A DNA stretch of 64,000 bases, taken from positions 1-64,000 of the forward strand of contig NW_021832122.1 in the NCBI RefSeq assembly GCF_006345805.1. The letters run 5' to 3'. Positions 26,158 through 41,619 of the stretch are shown piece after piece (the first letter of the stretch is position 1; each line of letters opens with the position of its first letter). The notes below the pieces were generated by a model. It was not told where the DNA came from, did not search any database, and was given only the letters and a program-made list of their open reading frames with translations. Source of the DNA: Octopus sinensis. Taxonomy: Eukaryota. The position numbers and the translations under genes were made by a program.

Positions 26158-27049
26158 TGTGGCGCTCCATGCAGGTTACACCAATTTTAAGCGTTACATT
26201 TTGACCTTGTGACATGACAGTTGACTTTGACAGGTGACAGGCTTCATAAAAATCGAAATCTCAATTTTAATATCATTTTTAAGTAAGTGATGCAGAATAA
26301 AACACCACATAGCAATAAAAGACCACATTGTTCAAAAATGAAATATAATTTATTATTTTATATAAACTTATAAAAAAATAAATATAAAAAAGAAAATTTT
26401 TTTAGAAATTATTTTTTAAAACTGCTACTATCCAGTGGTTCTTACCTTTTTTAAGTCAGCGCCCCCTTTTGACACAATTTTGAAGCTTCAAAATTTCAGC
26501 GCCCAACAAAATCATTAGATTCTAATCCAACAAAATCCCAACCGAACACATCCTAACCCTAACCATTTACTAATCCAAACCCTAACCTAACCCCTATCTT
26601 GATACTAATTCAACCAAACTGTAACTCCAACCCTACCCTAACCCCTATCTTGATACTAATCCAACCAAACCATAACTCCAACCATACCCTAACCCTAACC
26701 TAACCCCTATCTTGATACTAATTCAACCAAACTGTAACTCCAACCCTACCCTAACCCATATCTTGATACTAATCCAACCAAACCCTAACTCCAATTCTTT
26801 CAGTTTATTGATTCCATTATGAGTGGTCAAGTGCTGTTTCATGCATTCTACCTTCATAGTTGAATGTCGTCCTGAGCTATAACTTGTTCACGAGTCTCAC
26901 CATTTGTAAAAGTATTGTATCTTCTAACAGAAAAAGTATGAATAATAGTTTATTAATTGTGGTTAATTGAGTTTAGATGTCAATATCCAAAAAAAGTCAA
27001 GGCCAAAGTGTAACGCTTAAAATTGGTGTAACCTGCATGGAGCGCGACA
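26158..27049. mobile_element. Non-autonomous Ginger-type element nested in the Ginger2 element
   Basis: ~50-bp TIRs TGT(G/C)GCGCTCCATGCAGGTTACACCAATTTTAAGCGTTACA; 5-bp TSD TTTAA at 26153-57 and 27050-54. Confidence 0.88.
26555..26795. repeat. Telomere-like (CCCTAA-derived) higher-order tandem repeat, four 51/62-bp units
   Basis: AACCC(C/A)TATCTTGATACTAAT starts at about 26589, 26640, 26702 and 26753, with interspersed CCCTAA/CCTAA hexamers. Confidence 0.85.
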
Positions 27050-28329
27050 TTTAATAATTACTAAATTAGCTAAAGACTCTCTCATTTGACAAAAAATTAT
27101 ATTTGTAGGAATTTAATTATCAGAAATTAATTTTTTTTGGTGGAAAATCTAAATTCTTGAGTATTTCTAGCGTGCAAGTATATTTTTCAGCAATGTTCTC
27201 GTACAAAGGTTATGTAAAGAATAATTTGGAATATCAAATTTTAAAAGATGCTTTACAGGATAAATTTCCTGAACATTTACAAAGCAAAAAAAATATAGAC
27301 TAGTTAAGAAAATTGAAAATTTTACTGTAATTAATGAAAGGTATCATACAAATTGTAAATGTATAGATTGTATCTTAAATGTCCGAATTCAGATCACAAG
27401 CTAGTGATTTGTCTAGACAATGAACCCGAAATGGAGATCGTTGCTAAAAGTTTGCATGACTTCTCGCATGGAGGAGTTAACAAAATTGAATATGAATGTC
27501 GACAACAATATTTCACAGTTAAAAATGAGATTATTCGAAAAGTCATTCGAAACTGTGAAATTGTAAATTTGCGCGACCCCCTTAAAAGTTTTAACTTTTT
27601 TAAATCCTAGATTGGAGATATAAATAACCATGTCTTCGCATCTTGTTCAAATGAAAGATTTCAGATAGATCTTATAGATCTGAAAAGTTTTTCTACTATA
27701 AATAAAAATTTTAAATGGATTTTAACGGTCATTGACGTGTATAGCAGGTTAGTTTTTTTAACAATTTTTATAGATTTGCATTTGCAAGGCCGCTCTACAC
27801 TAAGTCCTCAAATGAAGTTTGTGAAAACCTCAGATCATTATTTTTCTTAAATGGTCCGTGTCAATTTCTTCAGTCCGATAATGGGACTGAATTCAAGAAT
27901 CGTGAAATGACCAATCTATGTGAGGAATTCAATATCAAACGAATTCACGGAAGGCCAAACAATCCCCGCTCACAAGGGATTGTCGAACGCTTCAACCAGT
28001 CAATTACAAAAAAAATGGCAAAAATGATCGACAATGATAACAAAAAGTGGCTGGAAAAATTAGAAAATGCAGATAAAAAATTCGATGAGCGAAATTTTGA
28101 TTGTGCCAATGTCCAGACTTAAATTAAGCTTCAAGGTCACGTCAGGTATCACGCGGCCCATAGGTGTCACGCAAACCATGTCACATAATATTTCGAATCC
28201 ATAATTTATAACGGATAATGCTTGAAAACACTGTTATAAAAAATAAACTCAAGTCATTTCAATTTTTTTTATATTACAAATATTTAAATTTTAGCAGTAA
28301 ATGTTAATTTAGTCAAAAAGGCTAATTCT

Positions 28330-28590
28330 TTACTTGGCAAGAGGCTGACGCAATTGACAAAGAGTTAAAGCGTATATCCGCTCAAAAAACCATCTTGATT
28401 TGCGGGCCTCGCCTGTGAATGTAGACATCCGAGACCCGATCTCCTGAACGAAGCTAATTGCCCTTTTCCCAAGGAACCGGACGTCTCAACTGATAATGGA
28501 AGTAATTGGTACTTCTCCACAAGTGAAGAGTAATTCCGCATTTTTTTCCATTCAGCAGTTGTGGCGATTGGTCCAGGGACGGATGCGGAC
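28330..28590 (-). mobile_element. CRE-clade 3' fragment (same subfamily as 2450-2921)
   Basis: AEWKKMRNYSSLVEKYQLLPLSVETSGSLGK.., closely similar to AECKKMRKYSSLTEKFQFLPFAVETSGSLGS. Confidence 0.8.
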
Positions 28591-28981
28591 ATCATTTTAA
28601 ATTTAAAAATAAACCACTCTACTCTTATTTCTTTAATACCATAAAAAGTATATTTTCTATATGCAAGCATGAAATTACTATTGATCGTTGTGACTGATTT
28701 TTCGTAAAATGCTCAAATATATTTTATTTTCCTAGTAGAAAATAACAACCTTGATTTTTTTAAGTACGTTGTTTTGATTTTCGGAAAAACTTTGATGTTC
28801 GCTTATATGAGGTTTAACACTAATGCTTTAAGAGTCAACACTAATGCTTTCGCTTTCGACGTGAAACCTCAAAACTCACTAATAGCTATAAATAATATTA
28901 ACACCCAAATACAAATGGGACATAATCAAATAATAAGCCAATAGAAATGTGTGGCAGTAATAGAAAACAGAATAAAATAAA

Positions 28982-30903
<1,922 letters not shown>

Positions 30904-33879
30904 AAACCAATAAGCGCTATAAGCGGTAATGCTGTATTTTTATTAATTCATTCATTCAATGTTCAAATTAATTAACATAATTTAAATTAATTGATAATTC
31001 ACAGCAATACATGACAAATTCAATAAATCTCCAAAAATTACATGAAATTTCCCCCAGATCATTTTTTTCTTTTATTTAGTGATCTTGACAGAACATATCT
31101 CGATAGGTTATTTCCCTACAAGTATTGTATATCTATCATCTAATAGTCATTAAGATTATTATAAATAATAAATTGTTTTCACTCCAATTGCTTTGGAGTC
31201 TTCGGGTATCTTCGGATTTAAAACAAAATATCAAATCTCATTATAAATTGTTAGAATATTGTTATTGGTCATAAGAAACTTAAGATGTGCCAACTTTAGT
31301 TATAACTCCCTAGAATTTGGTGTCTCCAATACGCACTTTCAATTTAGTTTTGGATAAAAAAATCTAAATTAGAGTAACCGAGTTTTTATCAAGAAAAGAT
31401 TGGAATACTTTGATTAGATTTTTGCAACTTACAAAGTTGTAAGTTCTGGCAATATCATCTTTGGCCTTACTTAGACTATATCATCAGTTGATCTCTAAAA
31501 GTATCAACTCTGAAGGGATTTTATTTAACTTTGAAATAGTCAAATTTTATTGCTCTGAAGACTTTGTCTTTTATTTTACGGAATTCAGAAATATCAAGAA
31601 ATCTAAAGCAATGTATAAGCCTCTCTTATTTTTTAATTATCAGCTAGTAAAACAGACCAATCTGTAAGCAAATGAAGGCTAACTTATACAAACTAACAAC
31701 ATAATTTGTGATTTATCAGATTATAATGCCACATATAAACAGGTTAACTACACAAAAGATTTTGTCAATTTTTAACATGTGGATAAAATGATGAATCAGG
31801 AACGGAGATTTATTAAAGATTTGATCGAAAAAATTAATGAAATATCTCTAATTTAAAATAAATTGAAAAAATGGTAAAATGAATATTACAGAATATCTTT
31901 TTCGTAACAGATCTTTTTATTTGTATAAAATCTCTAAAAACCAGATTTTTTAAATTTTCATATAAAGAAGAATCGGATCTTTTTGATCCAAGTAAAGATA
32001 ACATACCCTTAAAATCTAAATACAATTTCTTTTTATGCCGTTCTATTTGATAAAAAACCGACTTGTCAGGGTGTAGAAATTATCATTAAATAATTATTGA
32101 TTAGAAATGCATAAATACATCTTTTCTCTTAATTGTGTTGTATTCCTCAAAGACTTATAAAATCACAACACAGGTCTGTTAGCCGGAGACTTTTTGTAGT
32201 TAACATTTTTTTAATAGTTTCTGGGGTGTAACCTGTTCTGGGGCGCTTTTCTCAAATAAAATAATACTTATTTTTATTAATCATTAAATTCCAAATACAA
32301 TTAAATTAAGGAAGAATATTACCGGAGGATATGAATATCGGGGTCGACTCCGGGTGACTGAAAAAGCTTCTCAATTTTGTTAAAAAAATGATAAATATTA
32401 ATTTTTTTAATCTAAAAACTTTATTTAAAAGGGAAAATTGAAAAAATAGTAATTCCTTCTGACTGTCAGGCAGAGATAAAGACCCATTCTTGTCTTACTG
32501 AGGCGTATAAAAATTGAATTTTTCTGTCGCCGGCATTACTTATTTGTACAAAGTGAGGTTATAAGAAAAGTTATTTCAGAGTTCGATGTATGTAATCTTG
32601 AAGTTTTTTCTTCATCTGGACTCCTAATTAGATAATTTAGTTGATTTTAATTAAGCGATTTCAATTAAATAATAGTTTAAATGTTTGGTCACCAAATACA
32701 ATACTTACGAGTCTGGTATATACGAATGCATTCATTCTTATATCCAGTCACCCTCTCTTAAGAAAATTATAGAAAGGGTCTCCTTTGGGGGTTAAATTTG
32801 CAATCATTGTTGGAATGCTTGTAATCGAATGTTTTATAACCATAAAATGGACCGAGATGTATGCTCTATCTTTTTGAATAATATGAACTAAATTTTGTGA
32901 TCTGTACAACTTATTGACACCAAAACCATTTTTTAAGATTCTAATATTTTTGATAATTAAAGAGTCTGTAAGAAATAAACAAAATCAAATTCGTTTGTGT
33001 CTGGTCAAATTAAAATAATCAAGAAAAGGAACTAGATTATATGATTCCATAATAAAATCAGTAGCAATAAACAATCAGAATTACAAAAGTTCTAAACAAC
33101 ACTAAATTTATCTAAAATTCATTTATCTAAATTATCAAAAAATGAATTATTCGAATGATCAGAGTCTATGTTAACTTAGTTGACTATACGAAAGTATAGT
33201 AATTTTTTTTAAAATAGTAAATTAATTTAAAGTTACAAATAAGGAGTATTAAAAATGGCAAGTCGTAAATAACAAGCTAATCATTAATTACTAAACAGTT
33301 GTATTGGAAAAAATTGCTTACAAGATAAAAAGGGGAAGTATTGGAAAAATTTAAAACAGCGAACATTAACCCCACTAATTAACTAGTATAAATATTTTAT
33401 CGGCGCTCATTAAAACCTGAACTAATTTAAAACAGAATAAAGAAACAGATAAATTCTACACAGTTGATACATTATATCGTTTTGAGGAGGAAAAATCCTT
33501 AGAAGAAATTCTTTTCAATACAGGACAAGAAACAATAATACTTTACAATTATTATGACTAATTTTGATTTCAATCTGATTTTTCCGTTTTAAAATTAAGT
33601 TATTTTTCAATAAGTCTAAGTTCATGTACTTCTACAAACCTTATCAAGACATAGCCACCTTTTACTTAACTAATTTCCGAGGACTGGTGTACTCTTCTCT
33701 CACCTAATAACATCTCTGAAAGCACAATGAAACCACATTTAGGGTCGCTAATTAAAAAACCATACATTTTGATGATTTAGTTATATTTATTTCTTAATAT
33801 GTGCATTGGAAAAGAAAGGTTATACTTCTAGGGATTATTTTTAAACTTTGCCTTGAGAGAACGTTCATAATTTAGCAAG

Positions 33880-34700
33880 CGCAACGCGACACTCAAGGAA
33901 AAAAAACTCAAGTTCGAATAATTCACAAACCTAAGAAACCTAAAGAAGAAGTCTCGAGTTATAGGCCTATAATCCCAATTCGGGAAAATCAACTATAGAA
34001 GCCCTAGTATTGCATATAGAAAAGAATCATTGACTCTCACGATCAGTGAAGTTTTTCGTCCGAGGCGGTCCTTTGCTGACTGCATCTATCAACTGAATTC
34101 GATTGTATCTAAGACACAAGATTCTGGCTTATCGAACTGCTTTCGACAGTGTTTATCACTCTGTCTTTTCTGGAAAATCTTGAAAATTGTGACATTGATG
34201 CAGAAACCAAACACTTGGATGGCTAGCGAGTTTTTTAAATGGATCTCTTTTTTCAAGTATCTTGGCCAAGATTCAAAAACCATTCTCCAAAAAAGAGGAG
34301 TACCTCAGGGCTCAGTCCTCATCCCATTATTGTTTGACGTGTATAGGCAGACTTTTAACAACCTGTGTACATCTCAACGAATATGCTTATTTATACGATG
34401 ACGTTATTATCATGGACGATGCAGCACTTTCGACGACGTCGGAAAAGAAACTTAAAATCTACTTAGAGCAAATAAAACAATGGATAACATTGAAGTACTT
34501 GACTTTGTCAATACTTGAAGTGCACACTCACTAGAGTATCAGCAAGAAGTGCAAAAACCTTCCTATATACGATTGAATCTATTCGAGGACCCAATCGTTT
34601 CTGTACCTCTGAGTCCAATTTTCTGAAAATGAAAGGGAAAAACGGTATACACAAATGATCATGTGCCTAATCAAATTTCGCCTACCCTTGGAGACTGTGC
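33880..34700 (+). mobile_element. Degenerate LINE reverse-transcriptase remnant
   Basis: SYRPI, RGVPQGSVLIPLLFDVY and LYDD motifs, with stops and frameshifts. Confidence 0.7.
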
Positions 34701-34903
34701 TGATGTATGACCTGAAGTTTCCAATGATAGGTTACCTTGTTGAGAAACCCAGTTCCAAAAGTTTCTAGACGAGTAAGGAAAATAACCATTTACGACTTTT
34801 TGTGTAAGACCTACTAATTTTATATCCGGTATCTTGTTTAAAAATAAACCTATCTTATCTTGTGTATTGCCGAAACGATTATTAGGTCGTGCATATTTGT
34901 TAT

Positions 34904-35307
34904 ATTTATTTATTTATTGATTAAAAGACCAGGGTAAGCCAGTTAATTATAATCCCCGTGATCCCCGATTCAAGCGAGGGAGATCCTTTTGAAAGGTTCG
35001 ATCCTGCCCACATGATCGGACTGAGACGACGATGTCCCAGAGTTTTAGAAGTCCTTTTTTCGGTAGGCATTAAGTGCCTCCTAAGCGTTTCCATATCCGA
35101 CTGGAAATTCCAACTGACATGGTGGACCCCATAACGCCACGCCAAGACCAGAAGGAAGGTAAGAGATCCCCATTTTTCAACTGTGTCGTGCCAGAAGTAC
35201 TCATTGCTTCGCGGGCAAGGGAACAATAACGAGAATTGACCATAGGATGAAACTAGCCTCCTTCGGATTCGAACCCACGCCTGTCCAGATCCATTATCAA
35301 TAGCTTA
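34904..35307 (-). mobile_element. tRNA-derived SINE, copy 2
   Basis: B box GGTTCGAATCC, same body as copy 1, (AAAT)n tail. Confidence 0.82.
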
Positions 35308-35385
35308 ATAATAATTATTAATTTTGTTATAATTAAAATATGATATTTTTTAATAGATTTTTGTTTTCCAAATCAGTCTTGTTGT

Positions 35386-36088
35386 ATGTCTAAACAGAAT
35401 GATTTGCGCGACTATCTCAAAAATATATTTGGGGATAACTCTGAAACGTTGAATTAATATTATTAATATCTAGCCAGGTAAACACTACCACTCCTTCTCA
35501 GACCATTTACAGTGGAGCCAACTATACGTTTAATATTTATAATACTATTAAAGCAATTCATCTAATTTTGAATCAACTAACCCCATTAACCCTCCCGACC
35601 TGTTTACTCACAATATAAAGCAGACCAAAACCCATGTTATGAATCCCCTTTCTGAACATCCTTCTCAAAGGTATAATATTCCGTTTATATATTAAAGCAA
35701 CGACCAACTTTTAAACAACAAGGATAATCTCAACCAAAGTTTTACGTTTTGTGAAAAAAACGTGGAAATTCCATGCAAGGACTTGCCATCCATCGAAACT
35801 CCGCGAAACACAGACTTTATGCCAAAAAAACGGCAATCAGAGGAGGCTAATCTGAGTACATTCTCTACGCGAATTCAAGCTAATCATTCGACTAATTTTG
35901 ATAAATTGGTCGAGAAAATGAAAAAAATGCTTAAAGACACGGAATCCATCGAACAAGAGTTTCTCGTTTTTTTGGCTGAAACTCGGAATATTCACAAATC
36001 GCTGTCTCCAGTTGTTACTAAGCCAAATTTGGGTCCAACAGGTCAAGAGCAGAGTAATTCGTTTTTTAAATATTTTTGGTGGTATTAA
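35386..36088 (+). CDS. Uncharacterised multi-exon gene with C-terminal coiled coil; exon structure not fully resolved
   Basis: Several 26-27-nt GT-AG segments and a final exon FDKLVEKMKKMLKDTESIEQEF..FFKYFWWY*. Confidence 0.4.
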
Positions 36089-37671
36089 CGTGGCGTTTCC
36101 TGCTCATGTTAAAGACGAAGCGACGTGAGATTATTTTAAAATTATTTTGTTAGATCTGACAACTACAATGGGAGATATTTATGAAGAAGATTTGGCCTAC
36201 TATTAAATAAAATTCTTGTTCATAATTTTTTTATTGGATTTTGTTTTTGTGACTTTAATGTAGTCTTTTAGTGAATATGGTCGATCAGGATCAATGAGAC
36301 TTAGTAATATTAAGTGATTTGGCTTTGTTAGTTTGCCAATGAGATTTTGGACTGTGTGTAGATGATCCTTTTTGTTTATCTGAAATTTAAAAAGGCATTG
36401 TTTAGACGTATTCGGTCCACTTCTGCTCCACTAATTTGGAACTCAGAAGATATAGGTCGAGGGTTAATCCATCGTGGGAGTGGTCTTTTGGAAAACCTTT
36501 TCTCTAGCAGATAGTTGCTGTGAATATAAGAGGAGACACGTTAAAAAGCCTTTGGAAACATAGAGAAAGTCCCAGAGTTGTTTATTGTGGTGGTATAAGG
36601 TACTTTTCAAAGCTACTACAGTCAAATCATTTGGATTGAAGGACTCTTAATGTCCTGACAGCAGAATTATACACTCGACAGAAACCGTTTTAAAAGACGT
36701 CAAAAATATGAAATGATTTGCAAATATTACATGGACGTTTCTTAATAAAAAAAAACTTATAAAGATCTATTCGCCCATAGGACATTGTATTTACTAAATT
36801 TTTAGAATTCAGACTACTAATAAGACATGTGGCTACTGAATGTCTTAATCGAAAGGACGTTGTTAATATCTATCTTTTGATAATTTCGTATCCGTTTGAA
36901 ATGATTTTTGGTCTTAAAATTGTCGAATTTTAAAAATGGAATGTTCTCGAAATTCGAACAAAGTAAAATTAAGAAGTACAGTAAGGAACGAAAAATTTTT
37001 GTACGTGCTTTATTGATAGAATGTATAGTTTGAGTGCGAAAGAACTGTCTTTTAATTATCATCCTCGACTATTCGCGAATGGTGTGCAATGTATATTTTA
37101 GGAAACTCTGTAAGTAGAATTATGCTGATTTGTCATATCAATATGAAGTATAAGTCCAAGAAAACATTTAAAATGAAAAAGTGATTTCAAAATACTGATG
37201 TCATAAAAATAATCTATGACGGCATTGTGTCATGACAAAAATTCCTAGAAAAATTTGATCTTTTACCAAAATTGTGGTCAGTAAGAAATGTCCAGAGTTT
37301 TCAGTGTACGTCAGCACATCGTTATCAAACGTAAACTGTTGTTCCATTAAAAAAAATCTTTTGACATTCTTCCGGAAAGATGATTCCAAAATTATGCTTA
37401 CACGTATACTTTCCAACGTTTTCCTGATAACCACTGACTAAATGTAAGAAAAACAAAAATATAAAATCAAATGATTAAAATTATTAACCATGTGTAAGCT
37501 GATACCAAGTAGTGGACGCGATATAAACACATTTTATAGATGTTGAAATACTGAAAAAAGGTTACTATTATTCCAAAAGTACAAAAAGAGAAAAGTTAAT
37601 CCCGTTTCTTTTAATTTACTTATGTAAAGTTAAGAATGTGATAATTATTAGTTATAAAAATTAAATCGCAG

Positions 37672-39309
37672 TCACGGAATACTTTCCAAATTTTTATCAA
37701 GTTGGATATTGCTGGTAGAATATTTGCATGCAATGATAGAACAGACTGCCATATTGTAGTAGTTAACTCCAGTCCTTAAACGGTCCCTTCAATAAATTAT
37801 GATCATTACATACAGAAACCAATCAATCGCAAACAGCAAGCCAACAAATTTTGTCGAAATATTAAATGTTTTAAGAAGGATTATCACTAAAACGATACTC
37901 GCGTTAGGAATTGTTGGAAGAGCAATGACAGAGATTGAGTTAAGAAATCTAATTATCACAAATCTACAAAAACATTGCGATTATTGCTTGTCCAGGCAAA
38001 AACGGTTTTTGTACAAGATTTGCAATGAACAATATCGCACATGTAATATATGTAGTAGAACCAGATGCACATATCGGAACAGATAAGGATACGGCAGAAC
38101 TTGCTTGGATAGAATCGATTTTGAAATGATTTACGAGACCTTCTGACAATTTGGGGACTCCAGACAGACTAAATTATGTTTTTTATTAAATAACCTTGAT
38201 GAAATTGAAATAGAAACCAAAAAGCCTTCGAAAAAACTGTTCATAATAGGCAGCGGATTTTTGCGAGTTATTAAGTAAATTGCGAGTGGAATAAAAAGAA
38301 AAAATTGAATGAATAATACTACCATGACTGTAATAATAAAGTATCCAAGAGAGAAAAAAATAGTTTCAATATCCGAGGCGTCAATAATAGCGCTCATAAT
38401 GATCGACATTACCCCCACCGGCATTATTCTACGATGTAAAAGATAAAATATCGAATACATAAATAATTTTGAAAAAAGATGAATGACAATCTTTTGAAAT
38501 CCCGAAACAATTGTGATAAGTTGAGAAATTTCATTTGTTCGGATAGAATTTCCAGTGATTGCAAACAAGATTGTAACAAATACAAGACCTGAAAAAGTAA
38601 AATAATTTACCAATAATGTCGCTTCCTTCAGTTTGTGTGAGATGTTTTTCGAGCATTCCGGATGATGTATTTTTAGTAACTGTCAGAGCCTAAACATTTA
38701 TGCCGCTAAATAATTACAGATGAAAAAAATGCTCTGATCAAATTATCAGGAATTAGATTTCTGAAAAATTTCATTTTAATCATACCTGAGAAAATCAGCC
38801 ATTATATCAGAAATAATCAATTTCGTCGAATATTTGTCCTCCGACATGTCCGTCTGATTAATAGTTTTTCTTGCTTAAAGTTATTTAGTGAGCAATACTT
38901 CCTGGTTTTATAATCGATGTAAATCCAAAGGCCAGAAGATTCATAATAATATTTATTGATATTCCATAAAATAAGACAATTCCTATCGTTTTTGTGCTAT
39001 CTGAGGTGTTCATTTTCGAAATTGCTTTAAAAGTAATCAATAACCACATACCAACAAATATGCTAGAAATTATTAATGGAAGTACTAGCATGTTCAAAGC
39101 ACGGTAAAAAAGTTCCCCAGGAATACCTCGCATATTTAGAAATCATAATAACCAATCCATGTTTTGGCATTTGCTGACAGCGAAAGTTTTCTCAGAGCAA
39201 AGCCAATTCCAATCCCAAGTAATGCAAAAAAAATTGTGGCTATAATTAAACCGTTTTTAACAAAAAATTGTGAATTAGGGCATTTAAATCTTTTAATGAC
39301 ATTCAACAT
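37672..39309 (-). CDS. Divergent SLC1 (EAAT/ASCT-family) amino-acid transporter
   Basis: GIPGELFYRALNMLVLPLIISS, IIKPG, MPVGVMSII, RKNPL, SISSS (HP1), LFAIDWFL|DRLRTGVN (TM8). Introns mostly 26-27 nt. Confidence 0.88.
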
Positions 39310-39639
39310 TTTGATTGGAATAGCAAATTTTATTTAACATTTGAAAATACATTTTGATTTTAATAAAAAAAACAAAAATTAAATTTTGATGTTTCAACTA
39401 GCCCAAACCTAAAATTGCTCGTTAGTGTTCTTTATGTGACATTATTTGATTTTCGAAGCTTTTTTTATTTTTTGCTTTATTTCATGTTGATTTTCTTCTC
39501 AGCCTATTCCTTTCTATTTTTTCATTTTATTTTTTTTACCCTTCTGACGAGAGAACACTCACAACTAAAAAAAACCTTTCCAAATAGTAAAGTGGTGGGA
39601 CGTCAGATGTACGAATTCCTTTTGGATACAGAACGTGTG

Positions 39640-39870
39640 TGTATCACTCGAAACCTTTTGAAAAGGGCAAAATGAAGAAGCGCGAGAAGTATCCTGATGT
39701 CGGGAATGACAGAGTGTTTATCCCTTTTGCAGTCGAGAAGTTTGGAATACAGGGACCCTCAATCCCGACACTTCGAGTCACTTAGGGAGAGGGTTAGTAG
39801 CGACCCATCCGAGAACCGGTATCAGGTTGAGCGAGTCTCCCTGGCTATAGTCTAAGGTCTGGCTATCTGA
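39640..39870 (+). mobile_element. Short degenerate CRE-clade 3' fragment
   Basis: KKREKYP..FIPFAVEKFG..ERVSLAIV. Confidence 0.6.
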
Positions 39871-40369
39871 CAATAATCAAATTAAATTAGTAACCCCTTC
39901 ATTTTGAATTAAACTCCATTTCTTTTAAAAATATAGATCTTTTAATATTTTCTCTCTCTATTGGAGATTTTTTTTAAGAAATTGTATACTTTACTGGCTT
40001 TAATCTGTGGTTGTATTTAAAGATATCATTTCTATCCAAATATTCAAAAAAAGTGATTTTAATAATGAAATGTAATATTAAAACTAAAAAGGTTAAAGGC
40101 AAATCAGAAAGAGTTTATTTTTCACGACTTAGAAATTTGGTTAATTCGACTTAGAAATTGATATTTAAATATTTTTTCAATTTTTAAGGACAATCAAGTT
40201 TTTTTCAAGTTATTGAAGTTTGTGAATTGCTATCCATCCTTGTAAATTTTTGTAGAGGGTTAATTGGAACGAGACTAAGTAATAGAACGCAAAGGTTGAA
40301 AGCACTAATTTTTTTGGTTATCAAAAGTGAAGTTTCCAGTTTCGACGGTTATCACAAATAAATTGAAAA

Positions 40370-41300
40370 AAGTAAATCAGACATGTGACTCTTACCGCCG
40401 TTTTTCTGGATATTTCAAAGGCGTTTGATGGTGTGTGGCATCTGGAACTTTTTGTCCTAGTTTCCCACACAAAAATTGATGAAACATGTTTCAATTGGCT
40501 CATAAGATTCATAGAACACAGAAAATCTTATGTCCGACGCGGAAATAATGTTTCGATTGACCTGACTTTGAAAAGGGGAGTTCCACAAGGATCTCTTAGT
40601 TCACTATTATTTATAAGGCGGATATTTCCAAGCCAGAACACCAGAATGGTAACCTTATGATTTATGCGGATGACGTGTTTATAGTGGACATGCCTTGGAG
40701 ATTAGTGGACTTACACCGCAGGCTTCTCAAACTACTTTTGAGAATTAAAATGTGGTGTACAGGAAAAGTCCTTCTCTGGTATGGAAAAATGTACAGTTAC
40801 ACACACATCGAAGAAAAGAAGTGACAGACGGGCTGAAAGTCTAATATCAGAAGTTGTTCAAAACCAGAGTCTCCATTATCTCAAAATGGTTTTCGACGAC
40901 AATGGAAAAAAGATAGATAGATGCATACTGAAGAAAAATAAGGAAACAAGAATCCTGAAGAGTTTGATTCATTTCGACTTTAGTTAGATACCGAAACGTT
41001 TGTTTATATCTATAAGAGTGTGGTCGAACCAGGACTTTTATACAGATGCGAAATTTGGATGTCCTGAGACGAAAAACAGCGCATTATTGACATTTTCGAC
41101 AAAACGAGAAGATATTCAATAAAGTTGGCCTTCAAGCGTAGACTGGATATTCCGCTTAACGAATTGGAAGCAAACTCGACTGAGACAATCAGCGCTCTGA
41201 TCGAATAAAGAATAAACTTTCTCAATAATGATAGATAATTCCGGGTTTTTGGAAACGACCAACATCGTGAAGAGGCTATGTTAATTCTCATAACAAAACC
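40370..41300 (+). mobile_element. Degenerate LINE RT remnant
   Basis: AVFLDISKAFDGVWH, GVPQGS and YADD motifs. Confidence 0.8.
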
Positions 41301-41619
41301 GTTTCCTTAACTACATAACTTGTTTTCGTACTCTCGATCTTGTGCTAAATAGAACATTCAATTCAATATGAAGAGAAATTGTCAAAATTTACAAGTAAAT
41401 TATCCTAATATATGAAATAAACTTTTTAATATTTATTTACAGACCAGCAAATTACTAAACCAAAAAATAGTACAAATTACAAAAAGAGCCATTTAAACCA
41501 AGAAAAAATTAAGTATAGAAAACTATGAAATTAGAAATCCCGAAGAATCAATTTTGAAGAAAATCGAAATCCATAAGCTGCAAAACAGTCACTCGCTGAC
41601 TACAAATATAGCCATCAAC

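Larger units (their letters stand above)
26028..28185 (+). mobile_element. Ginger2/TDD-type DNA transposon (rve integrase with tiny introns), 3' part deleted
   Basis: ~55-bp TIRs TGTGACATGG..CCATGTCACA; 5-bp TSD TAATA at 26023-27 and 28186-90. Integrase motifs FQIDLID..VIDVYSR|FAFA..LQSDNGTEF..PRSQGIVERFNQ. Confidence 0.9.

Noticed and set aside
31000-33800. Possible Penelope-like (RT + GIY-YIG) remnant
   Set aside because: Only vague motif echoes in AT-rich decayed sequence; not supportable by eye.
36200-37500. Possible membrane or LRR protein gene (LKTLDISY-like fragment)
   Set aside because: Multiple stops in all frames and no coherent splice model.
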